A stretch of 63,983 nucleotides of DNA, filler included, from Dimargaris cristalligena (Eukaryota), in NCBI GenBank assembly GCA_003614675.1. It is 24 parts of 24 records of this genome, joined end to end, with 100 filler letters (N's around TTAATTAATTAA, not from the genome) between each part and the next. Parts side by side here need not be neighbours in the genome. Positions count along the whole stretch, not along the records: positions 37,852 to 40,441 come from ML004164.1; positions 40,542 to 43,129 come from ML004165.1; positions 43,230 to 45,707 come from ML004166.1; positions 45,808 to 48,381 come from ML004167.1; positions 48,482 to 51,068 come from ML004168.1; 19 more parts are not named here. One strand, written 5' to 3'. Each line of letters starts with the position of its first letter. Positions within the stretch are counted from its first letter, which is position 1. Below are positions 37,852 to 49,434 of this stretch, piece after piece. The position numbers and the translations under genes were made by a program. The notes beneath the pieces were generated by a model, which was not told the DNA's origin, did no database searches, and worked only from the letters and a program-made list of their open reading frames with translations.

Positions 37852-40441
37852 GATCCCATTCCAATAACAAAATAACAAAATTATTATCATCATTAGAAGG
37901 TCAGTGGAGTGGGATTAGGGATTCAATGTTGATGGGGTGGATTACTTATACATTGAGGCTGCCTCGTTGGTTAGTTGACCTGTTTATTTAAGAAGTGCAG
38001 CGGAGTTGGGTGAGGGTTGACCCTGCATTTATAGGGATGGTCATTCACGATTCGTGTTGCAGGATTATTTTCGATTGGGTGGATCCTTCAGGGTTCGACG
38101 TCGTTTAAGTGACCCCTTTAATAATTGAGGCTGCATGGTTGAGTATGATCTAGAGGTTGCTTCGCTTACGATATCCAGTGGATAGAGCCGCCTGTGGCCG
38201 TCTCGGGTAGTATTATAAGTTCACGCTGCACGGTGGAATGCGCAAGGAGTCACCTCGACTACCATGATGAATATGACTAGGGTGATGACGGTGACTGATT
38301 GGTATGCACGCTTCGTTCAGAGTTGAAGGTAGGGAGCCACCTCGTGGGTGTCTCGTGTTGGTTATCGACTCTGCTTGTAGGGTGTTGACGAATGGTCCTG
38401 ATAATAGTTGAAGGAGTCACCTAGTGGATGGTTATAAACCAGGGTTGCACGGTTGAATGATCATGAGGTTGCTTCGCTTAGGAATACCGCTCCATTGAGC
38501 CGCCTATGGCCGTCTCAGGTTGACAATTAACTCTAGACTAACCTGAGACAGCCACAAGCTGGCTCCCTATGCTGAATCCTGGTAGTTGAATCACATGGAC
38601 CCCTGCTTATAGCTTACGGTTGCACGGTGTCACAGGTCCTGCTACTAAGTCTTAGTATTGCAGGTCGAGCCGCCTGTGGCCGTCTCAGGTCCATTTAAAT
38701 CTGTTGCACGGTTGGGTAACTTAAGCTGCACGAGTCGCTACGCTTATCGACACTGCGGAGTTGTTGAGACGGCCACAGACGGCTCCCTTCAATCGGGGTG
38801 TCGTTCCCAGTAATGGCCTTCCATCAGTGGAGTAGCTGGTGACATTTATGACGCCCTTTCCTTCTATAGTCTCCTTCAGGTTATTGTTGCTTGAGACAGC
38901 CACAGCGGGCTTCTATGGAGACGATGCTTTATCTGACGAGTTGCTTCGCTCACCATCATCACAGGTTTATTATAAACCATCGCTGCAGGTGGTGTTATAG
39001 CCGAGTCGCTTCGCCTGCCAAGATTCGATCAAAGGAGCCGCCCACAGGCGGCTCGGTAGATCAACTTAAATCATAGTTGCACGGTCATTGTGCACGATGT
39101 CGCTTCGCTTACTAACCACCCCACGATTGAGCCACCTCGTGGGTGTCTCAGATGAACTACCAATTATTGCTGCAGGGTGTCATGTCATGTATTATCCTAC
39201 GGAATGGGAGCCAGCTGTGGCTGTCTCAGGTGATGAATAACGAATTGATGCTGCTCGAATGGGAGCCAGCTGTGGCTGTCTCAGGTGATGAATAACGAAT
39301 TGATGCTGCTCCTTCGTTAATCCTGGACTGATCATCACGAGGCGCCCTTTTAATTCTGGAATCGTATTAATATGGAGCCGCCTGTGGCCGTCTCAGGTAG
39401 CTAACTAAAATACTGTGGCTAGAGACAGCCCCAGCTGGCTCCCATTGCGGAGGGAAGTCAGTATGGCAATACACGGTACAGCAACGATTGATACCTGAGA
39501 CAGCCACAGCTGGCTCTATACGACGAAGTTCTATAAGCGAAGCGACCTCGAAGGTGAGCCGCCTGTGGCCGTCTCGAGCAATTACCTTAATTTAGGGAGT
39601 TACCCGAGACAGCCACAGCTGGCTCCCTGCAACGAGGATCAATAAGCGAAGCGACCTAGATGTCAATGAGTTAATCAACCATGCAGCATCGATTTAAATG
39701 AGCTCTGAGACGGCCACAGGCGGCTCATTCCACACATCATGGACTAATCACCTGCAGCCTTGGTCAATCATTAACCCACCGTGTAACATCAATGTTAATC
39801 CACCTTAGGTGGTATTGTTAAGCGGAGCGACCTCATGATTAACCGGAGTCACCATCTTCAGATAGCGAAGCGACTCGTGCAGCATCAATCAACCTGCAGC
39901 CTGAATTGTTAATGAGACCACCAGCGGTGGTTCATAAGTGACCATCACCACCTTTTAAATGAACAACACCATAACCGTCATCAATAAGCGAAGCGACATC
40001 GTTATCAGAATCGTCATTATCAACTGCAACCTGAATTAGTAATCCACCCGAGACGGCCATAGTCGGCTCAACACTATGAAGACTGATAAAGGAAGCGACC
40101 CTTCAACATGAGACAGCAACAAGCTGGCTCCTTCAGCAATAATTGATAAGCGAAGCGACCTCGTACAGTTCAAGCAGCAGAACCGTCAACACCCTCACCA
40201 TAAACCTGAAACCCCGATTATCAATCATCTACCCTAGATGTACACAGCCGGCTCCACCAATGAACTACGACCCTCAACACGATCAAGCAATAACTAGGAA
40301 GAGGTCCAGCCATAGGAGCCAGCTGTGGCTGTCTCAAGCAACCATAATTAGGACTATGTTAGTCTCCTGAGACGGCCACAGGCGGCTCAACCGTAAAGAT
40401 GCTCATCTAAACGAACTACCGAGACGGCCATGAGTCGGCTC
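37852..40441. repeat. Non-coding array of three interspersed motifs (A: GAGCCGCCTGTGGCCGTCTC and variants, about 23 copies; B: GT[CT]GCTTCGCTT; C: G[CT]TGCACGG) with divergent spacers
   Basis: Counted by eye on both strands; includes an exact 55-bp tandem duplication at 39202-39311; no long ORF. Confidence 0.92.
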
Positions 40442-40857
40442 NNNNNNNNNNNNNNNNNNNNNNNNNNNNNNNNNNNNNNNNNNNNTTAATTAATTAANNN
40501 NNNNNNNNNNNNNNNNNNNNNNNNNNNNNNNNNNNNNNNNNTTACCTGGGAGCCGACCAGTACCCTCCGCCCCTTTCCATTTGCGATGGAAATCCCCCCA
40601 ATCCACACACACGCACCATAGTCCAGTTTGTTTAGTAGCTAGCTACAGTGCAGAAATTATCCACATAACCAACCCCTTTTATTTGTAAAATTATATGGCA
40701 GGGAAAAGAGTACGGTAAAGAGCTGTGATGTGCTACAGTTTAAATGCCATAGAGGATTTGGCCCTCATCTCTGTTCATTTAGGATAACATATCTCTAACC
40801 GCCCACCGTTTATGACGCTAACCAATACCTCACTCCCCCTTTCTATGCACCTATTAG

Positions 40858-43074
40858 GATTTTGCCACACCCACTCTATTATCCACCGGGACCTTAAACT
40901 CGAGAATATAATGATCGATCGACACACCAAAATGGTCAAACTCATCGATTTCGGCCTCGCGAATTTCTACGACCCCCAGTCCCTGCTCGCCACAGCATGC
41001 GGCTCAATCCCCTACACGGCCCCCGAAATCCTTCGTGGCGAAAAATACGTCGGTCCTGAAGTGGATGTATGGTCCCTCGGGGTTCTATTATATGTCATGA
41101 CCACGGGGATGTTACCTTTCGGTGATCCGTCGGTGGCCAAGAATTTCGAGAATATTACGGCGGGTAATTTTTGGATCCCCAACGGTATGAGTGAACCGCT
41201 GCAGAATTTATTGATTCGAATGCTGGATCCGGATGTCAAGCGGAGAATTTCGTTGAAGGGAGTCGTGAATCATACGTGGTTGACCATACATGGCCGGTGG
41301 CCGGTGTCAGCGAATGGGTCCCCTAGTCGGGGGATTGCCACCACCACAACTACCAATACACCTGCAACTGCGGCGAATACCTATCAGCCCTTGGCGGGGG
41401 ACCGCCCATCGCGGGGAAGCCCCGGCGGTACTTCCGATCGGGACCGAGTCATACTCCCCTTGACTATTGACCCCGCAGTCGTCACTGAGGTGGCCCTTTG
41501 TCTCTTTCGCGAAGAAGCGCCTGTCCAACAACAATTGGAGGAAATCATCAATCAGGGCAATTATATCATGGCCCCCAACCATTCGGCCCACGTATCATTG
41601 TCGTCGTCCTCGTCGCTGTCCTCGGCAGTTCCTCGACTAGCCCCCGGTTATCCGGCTGGTCTAGAGGACGACCGTAAAACTTGGGTAGAAGTGCGGAACT
41701 GTCCAGTCGCATCTCTGTACCAACTAATTGCCCAGCAACTGGAAAAGCAACAATGGTTGATGACTCCCCCTTCCCCGCAACTCACTTCGTCGTCATCAGT
41801 GGTGGGAGGACCCCCCACACTTCCCCAGCTGCCGTCCCACCTGTCCCGGCATTCCTTATTTGAAGGCGCGCGGGACTCCCTGTTAGGCGCGGCCGTGGGG
41901 CTGGACTCGCCTACTTTGTCGCGCTCGATAATGCAAAATCTATCCTTGGATATCGACGACTCCCTGTTATTAACCCGCACTAACGCCGCGGCCGCTTTTG
42001 CGGCATCTTCTGGTATGCCAACCGGGACCCCATCAACCCTCGGCGGTGGCACCGGTGGGCCAGGAACCCCCGGCAACGACAGTGAAGGGACCTTTTACCT
42101 GGGAGCCGACCAGTACCCTCCGCCCCTATCCCTATGCGAACTAAAGCCCGCCGATTCGGGTTCGGCCTTGCAACGGTTTTCGTCATCTATTCTCCGGAGT
42201 CTCAATTTCCGTCGCGTCGAAAAACCGTCGCCCTCCCGGCAGCGCCAGCCTACTGATATGTCCTTACAAAGCCCTTTCCCTATGCCGGGCCTGCGGATGG
42301 TCGAAACCCACCCAGCCCAGTACCAACCATTGTACCAATCCAGTCCAAGGGGAGGGGCGTCCCTCGATCCCCGGTTCGGCCAACCGGATGCTTCGCCCGC
42401 TCCGCCCGTTTGGCCCTGGCGGTCCGACACGCCTGGCCATGATCAAAGGCCTTTACTGTCCGATGCCCGCCCCCTCCGTACTCCCATGGCCCACCCCATC
42501 ACTACCATTCGGCTGTCCACTAACCACCGCGGCTATTACACTTCGCTAACCCACGGCGGTTTCCGCCATTCCGACCCTGGACCACCCCCGCAGCCGCCAG
42601 TTATTCCTGTCGACCCAATGGGCCCACGTAGCATCGGGGCCTTTGAGCACTGGTCCGACCGTATCTCGCTTCCCCGGCGCTGTATGAATTTAACCCCTCA
42701 ACAAGTCTTGGCTGAATTAATCACCATCCTGGATCAAAACAGTATGGTGCACCGGTTCGTGACAACTAAGGAAATGCCACGCACGGAATCCAGCTCTGCA
42801 GCTGACAAGGGGGGAGCGGAGGGTAAGGGCCACTGCACCCTCGCTATCGGTGGTAATGCCCCACATGAGCCCATGTCACTGACCCTTAAACTACAGCGGG
42901 CCCTCAAGGAATACTTTAACTCGTATCGGACCCAACCAGCCCCGAATACCCCGGCCATGTCGAGTCCCCAGCCTCGCGACCAACCCCGGGCGGGCGCCAA
43001 TGACCGCTCCTCTAAACCCTCCCCCACCCAGACGGGACTCCAAGTAGAGGAAGACCCTCTCATTAAGCAGGCCA
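40858..43074 (+). CDS. CAMK-group Ser/Thr kinase (KIN1/MARK-like), internal exon; both ends missing
   Basis: HRDLKLEN, DFG, CGSIPYTAPE, YVGPEVDVWSLG; branch point GCTAAC at 40817 and acceptor TAG at 40857. Confidence 0.9.
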
Positions 43075-43229
43075 CGGCGTTAGTGCGGGTTAATAACAGG
43101 GAGTCGTCGATATCCAAGGATAGACATAGNNNNNNNNNNNNNNNNNNNNNNNNNNNNNNNNNNNNNNNNNNNNTTAATTAATTAANNNNNNNNNNNNNNN
43201 NNNNNNNNNNNNNNNNNNNNNNNNNNNNN

Positions 43230-45090
43230 CCTGCTCCAGCCCTCTACCTGCGAATGGCTCAAGCGGATTTGCAGCGTCTATGAAGACGTCTTGGCCGGGT
43301 CTGAGATGAACGGCGCCATGTCCATTCCGACCACCACCGGCCCTGTTGTTGGGCTAGACGACTCCGCCGGCGCCCATGGGGTAGAATCCAGCTTTGGTAG
43401 CACACCCAGCGGAGTGGTGGATTTCGTCCTGACGACCTCATGCCTGCTGTTCCATGAGCTATTCCGCTCGCAGAACCATGCGCCCACCATCAGTTCCGTG
43501 GTGATTCTCCAGCAGCACCATATGTTCGCCTTCTTCGCCTACCAACTCACCCGCCCGCGTACCACGGGGGTCGTGCAGAATCTGATCGTTACCCTGTGGT
43601 CCCTCACCAACACCCGACATGCCGTCGAGCAACTGGTATCGCAACAGATTCTCCCTGCGCTGGAAAAATGCCCCCTGTGGTCGACCATGACCCCGCTGGA
43701 CCGACCCGGTGAGTCGATTCCCCGGGTGGTCCACACCTTGGTCCTGTTGGTACTGTCCATCCTGACTAATGTGGTTCGCACGCTGGGTCAACATAGCATG
43801 GTACAGATGCAAGTACTCGCAGTGCTCGAAAGCTTGTCACCCTATTTGGACCGGGTAATGGTTCAGCTCCAACAGGTGGAAACCATCCGTGGACCACCCC
43901 AGCCCTGGGATATCCACCAACTGGCCACCATCGAGAGTCTCGTTAAATTGGCCAATGCCGTAGCGGCCCATGGTCAGCAGTGGTCCCGGACCCTGTTGCC
44001 AACGATCGTGACCCCCATTCTGCTGCGGTACGTGTATTGGTTTTGCCGGCCCTCGCAATTGCGTATGGCCGACCCGTGGAATACCGGTGAGGTTGGCTTA
44101 ACCGCCCCCGCAGCAGAACCCACCGAAGAGAATTCGGTCCAACCAGCGACCCAGACCCCGGCGGCGACTCCTCTGATGTCAAATCTCGCACCAACCATCT
44201 ACTGCGACCCCTCCCGCACACCTGTTTCCCTGGTTACCCTGTGCCTAACGGGGAGCGGCGACCCGGCTGCGGCCGTCGTCCTGGAACCGTACATGTCAGC
44301 AAGTGCTACCTCCCCCCTCCATACCCCCGGCCCCGCGCAGCTTCAAACCTGCCTGGTTGGGCACGTACTCGATGTCATCCGGGGCACTTTATTCGCCCTG
44401 TTCGGGTTTACCCCCACCCTTCCCGACGTCGCCAATTTGCTAGCTGGGCGTGACCCTAATATCGGTCTGGAGGATACGTTCGGGCACCAGCTGCCGTGGT
44501 TGGAGCTCTCCATGAGCGTATCTAATACACACCTAACGCTGGGTACCCTCTTGGACCTGGTGTCGGAAATCCTCGCCACCCTAGAAAATACGACGGGTAG
44601 CAATAGTAACGCCCCGCCGAACCCCGCCCTAAGTACGGTAGGGGTTGCCAATCTCTTTGGCAAACTTAAGTCGAACGCTTCGACGGGTGGTCCAGGTGCC
44701 TCCGCTTCGTCCGACTCTAAATCTGGCCAATCGCTACCCGCCCTTATGACGGATGTGCTGCAGCATGAACTCCTCTACATTTTGGCCCAAGTGACCCTCC
44801 AGGCCAAACTGCCAAGTTCGGTCCGGTCCGCCCTCGCCAACGGAAACTACCACCATGCCGCGCCGTCCCATTTCCGCGATAACATCCTACCGTCCATCTC
44901 CCGCGAAATCAGTCACTCGATCCGGCGTCTCGAAAAGGCCCTCGAACCCCAAGTGCAAGTTTTACCCAAAGCTACCGACAACTCATCGGCGGGTGTCCAG
45001 GCCCGTTCCCGTGCCGAATCATCCCTAGCGGGTTTGGCTAAACTATGTCAGCTATACCCCGATTTACTGCAAACTATAATTCGGAGTTAA
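43230..45090 (+). CDS. Large alpha-solenoid protein C-terminus, Nup188-like (Nup188/Nup205 family), 5' truncated
   Basis: Long helical ORF; AVEQLVSQQIL, LTLGTLL, ELLYILAQ and ISREIS segments resemble a Nup188 tail. Confidence 0.5.
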
Positions 45091-45807
45091 TACGGAGAGG
45101 GGTGGGGGAGATGCCTTTCTTAGACCATGTACTCTGTAGCGGCGGAATTCCAGTGGCTTGCTAGTAGGACAATGTTAAAGTGCTACCGAAACAAGACTTT
45201 AGCCATTGTATGACCGTCCACACTATTCACCCGTTTTTTTCAAGCAAACTACTCTAAGTATTCATTATTACACCCCATCAAATAACTAGGTATATTTTGC
45301 ATCTACTTGGTTTACATATTTATTTACCTTTGCTATTATATTACACACTCGATCTTCCAGGGTTTCCCAGAATATTTTCAAATATATTATAATCGAGAAA
45401 TCTATTTTCCGTTTAATGAAAGCACAATGCTTGTGGAGGAAAATGGTGTGAGTGGGATGGTATGATTGCGAAACAGGGCCTGTGTCCGGCGTCTTGATCC
45501 GATCTTTCCGTAAATCGGTCTCGTAAATGGATACATTCGGCCATCGGTGTTCTAGTAATCACCACAGAAAGCAGGTTGTAGTTGGATATTACTGCAAAGT
45601 GTGGAAAGGCGAAACACTCACCAATACTACTGACCTACTCCTCCCCATTTCCCAAGTGATAAAAACCGACAATCCTTATTTTGCCAACCATTCAGTTACG
45701 TTACAGANNNNNNNNNNNNNNNNNNNNNNNNNNNNNNNNNNNNNNNNNNNNTTAATTAATTAANNNNNNNNNNNNNNNNNNNNNNNNNNNNNNNNNNNNN
45801 NNNNNNN

Positions 45808-48200
45808 AGCGACAAGTCCCATAACCACGGAAAGGAAACGGAACCACGGGATGCGACCGGTCGCATTACCACGGAAACAAAAGGACAGCATCTGAAACGG
45901 AACCATGGGAAGCGACAAGCCCCATAACCGTGGTAAAGAAACGGAACCACGGTACGCAACTGGTCACATTACCACGTCTAGCTGCCTGATTATAGTTGGC
46001 ATATGGCAGATGAATGGGCAGATGAATGGGGAGACGAATTGGCGTCTCGACAGAAACATATTTTGTCTTTTTTAGTACAACCATTCCATACAGTCGAGTG
46101 AAGATTTTCTTGAATTGATGGAAATTTTTTTGGGCAGACGAAAGGGAGACGAAAAACCCCCTACACGTGGGAAAATTTTCTAAATTTGTGTAATTTTATT
46201 TCCATGTTTTCGAGTGTCCCAAGTGTAAAAAAAAGTAGGGAGATGAGGAGATGAAAAAACCAGATAGTAGCAGTTGTACACATTTACGGGTAAAAGTATA
46301 AATCTGACAAAAATCAAGAAACACAAAAAAAACATGAAAAAAAAACTCATAAAAAAAATAAGTTTCAACTTTTTCATCTCCTTATCTGCCTAAAATATTT
46401 TTAATATTGAAATCTCGAAAGCGTGGTTACAATTTTTGATATAATTTAAAAAAAAAATTCAATAGGTTTTTTTCATCTCCCTGTCATCTGCCTAACACAA
46501 AAAATGAAGAAAAAAAGCGAGAATGAAAATTACAGCTCGAGCTTTGTGGTGTTGTAATAATTTTTTTCTATAAAAATAGTTATCGAAACAATATTTCATC
46601 TCCCCAGTCATGTGCCTAAGTTTTTATTTGAAATAAAAACTGGTGTGTTGTATTTATTGAAGACTGTGGAGAGGGCATCGTACGCAAATTCACACTCATA
46701 AATTGGGATCTTGTTCAAGAATATTGAACATGCTGATGAAATTCCTGGACCGCTGATGGAATTTCAGAAATGCTGATGAATGTGCTGATGGAATTTCTCT
46801 TCATGTTTTTTTTGGTTTGTTTTTGTTTTTTTATGGTGTCATTTCTCGAGTCTATGTGAACTCAATAACTTATGAAAAAACAAGCGGCTGATGAAAAATC
46901 TCTAGAAGAATTATATTTTCATATTGGACAAATATAGTACTCGGGATTGTCGAGTTTCTGTTTACAAAAAAAACAGCCGCTGACGAGCTGATGAAAAAAG
47001 TGGAGACTCAGTACATCTCATAAGTTGGTAATGTAAAAAAATGGGAAAATCAAAGAGAAAAAAATGTAAAAAAAATTCTGTCTGAAAAATCTCATGTCGG
47101 GAAATTTATCAGCTCATCAGCACTTGCAAAAAACAAGATTTATATAAAAGATATAGGATCAAAATATATAGACAAGTTATTTCATTTTTTCAAAAGTTAA
47201 AAACATGTAGAGGCGAATTCATCAGCATTTAGGCGATTTTCATCAGCGCCAACGGCATTTTCATCAGCACTAAACGGATTTCATCAGCACCCAGAATTGA
47301 CAAAAAAAGTAGTTTATTGACTGACCTTTGGTCGGCCCAAAAAGATTCGTAATGTAAAAGAGCCGAAATGACCCACCTGCGTGCTAGAAGTTGAATGTTG
47401 AAGAGAATGTTGAAGAACCGAAATGTCCCACCTTCGCAGTGGGGTGCCCTGCGGAAGCGGCTAGAAGTTGAATGTCCCACCTGCGGTGGGGTGCCCTGCG
47501 GGCACGCCGCAAAGCGGCTAAAAGTAGCTTATCGATAGAGAAGATTCGTAATGCAGAAGAACGGAAATGTCCCACCTGCGGTGGGGTGCGCTGCGGGCAC
47601 GCCGCTAAGCGGATAGAAGTTGAAAGTTGAAAAAGTAGTTTATCGATAGAGAAGATTCGTAATGTAGAAGAACCGAAATGTTGAAGAAGTTGAATATTGA
47701 AAAAGTAGTTTATCGATAGAGAAGATTCGTAATGTAGAAGAACCGAAATGTTGAAGAAGTTGAATATTGAAAAAGTAGTTTATCGATAGAGAAGATTCGT
47801 AATGTAGAAGAACCGAAATGTTGAAGAAGTTGAATATTGAAAAAATAGTTTATCGATAGAGAAGATTCGTAATGTAGAAGAACCGAAATGTTGAAGAAGT
47901 TGAATATTGAAAAAGTAGTTTATCGATAGAGAAGATTCGTAATGTAGAAGAATCGAAATGTCCCACCTGCGGTGGGGTGCCCTGCGGGCACGCCGCGAAG
48001 CGGCTAGAAGTTGAATGTTGAAAAAGGAGTTTATCGAAAGAGAAGATTTGTAATGTAAATTAACCGAAAGGTCTCACCTGCGGGCACCCCGAGAAGCGGC
48101 TAGAAGTTGATCGTTGAAGAAGTTAAACGTTGAAGAAGGAGTTTAAGAAGTTCAATGTTGACGAAGTTGAATTTTGATCTCGAGAAGCGGTGACTGGGAA
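45808..48200. repeat. AT-rich complex repeat region: ~103-bp duplication, inverted clusters of GG(C/G)AGA(T/C)G and GCTGATGA motifs, 70-bp tandem array, GC-rich triple hairpins
   Basis: Directly visible motif clusters. Confidence 0.85.
47631..47960 (+). repeat. 70-bp tandem repeat, about 4.7 near-identical units
   Basis: Units start at 47631, 47701, 47771, 47841 and 47911. Confidence 0.95.
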
Positions 48201-48785
48201 AGATGTGTGGATGGGGAAGATAAGTATGATGAAAGAAGGGGGGTGGAATAGTTCAATTACAGTAAGTAACCCTTCCCAGTTTCGTTTACCTTTCTCATTT
48301 TGTTTATTTCTTTACTTCTCCTTTCTTTTTAGACACAAAAAACATGTCTCCGAAGATGAATATCGCACTGCCAACGTACAGNNNNNNNNNNNNNNNNNNN
48401 NNNNNNNNNNNNNNNNNNNNNNNNNTTAATTAATTAANNNNNNNNNNNNNNNNNNNNNNNNNNNNNNNNNNNNNNNNNNNNCATTATAATAGCAGCCCCC
48501 TCAGCTGAAAGCCCTAAGAGCGGCTGGCAAATGTGAATGGGCTAGTCCACCTTTGGCTAAAAAAACATATATATAGCAGGTGCTATCACCCCTTCATTGA
48601 CTCACCAAGCCACTCGCCTTTTAATTCTCTTACCCTCTCTACCCCTTCCCCTCCCTTGCCTTTAAACCCCCCTCCCCCTCTTTATTCCATAGACAATCTT
48701 GTGGATCCTCTCCTATTCCCTTGCCCAAATTTTAGCCCCCACTCCCCCCGCCTGCCTGTTTCCCTCCCACTCCCGTTAATCTACC

Positions 48786-49434
48786 ATGGTGCCCCTACGT
48801 ATGAACGTTCTTGGTCTGGCCGTTCTGGGCCTTTCGCTTAGTCTTCAGTCTCAACATGCCATGGCCGGGTATTTCGGACTCTACAACAATTCCACTCAGT
48901 TGAGCCAGGCCAGTGAATCGACCAGAGCTGTACGTGGTAACCCCGCCATTGGAGAGCGCGGGCCCCAGGGCATTTGGGTTGACGGCAGATTGATCACAAA
49001 TAGTTTCAATGTAAGTACATTTAGATCCTATGAGCCGCATTCTGGAGTATAGTCCCCACTATTACATAATCCCGGGGCCCATATTCAAGGGTGCTGTCCT
49101 TGCTAGAATAGTATATTATTTCGATTGATGATTTTAGTCAAAGTGAATCCCGTACTTAACTCCTACTCTTCTATTTGAATAGCCCATTAAGTCCATCAGC
49201 CTAACATCGTATTACTAAGGGATTTTCGGCACTTTTAATTTATTCATTAGAAAGGTATACTCTAACTGTCAAATTCACGACCAATTAATGTTGTCACTAT
49301 ATTTATAATCAACTCCATAGGCTCAAGATGCGGACAGGGAAATTACCAGGAACATGTCCCCTCAAGAAAAGGAAAGATATTACCAAAGCGCTCAATGGGA
49401 AAAGGACTACCTGAATAAGCAATTTTCCGCTTAA
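48786..49434 (+). CDS. Small secreted protein, multi-exon (internal exons uncertain)
   Basis: Signal-peptide-like MVPLRMNVLGLAVLGLSLSLQSQHAMA; GTAAGT donor at 49011; acceptor at 49320; last exon AQDADRE...KQFSA*; AATAAA downstream. Confidence 0.6.

Noticed and set aside
38185-40441. CRISPR array interpretation
   Set aside because: Repeats occur in both orientations with irregular spacing, involve three motif types, and no cas genes are visible
46732-46772. CTGATGA-stem-GAAA resembling a hammerhead ribozyme core
   Set aside because: Extra TCA before GAAA, no stems I/III found, and CTGATGA is simply the local repeated motif
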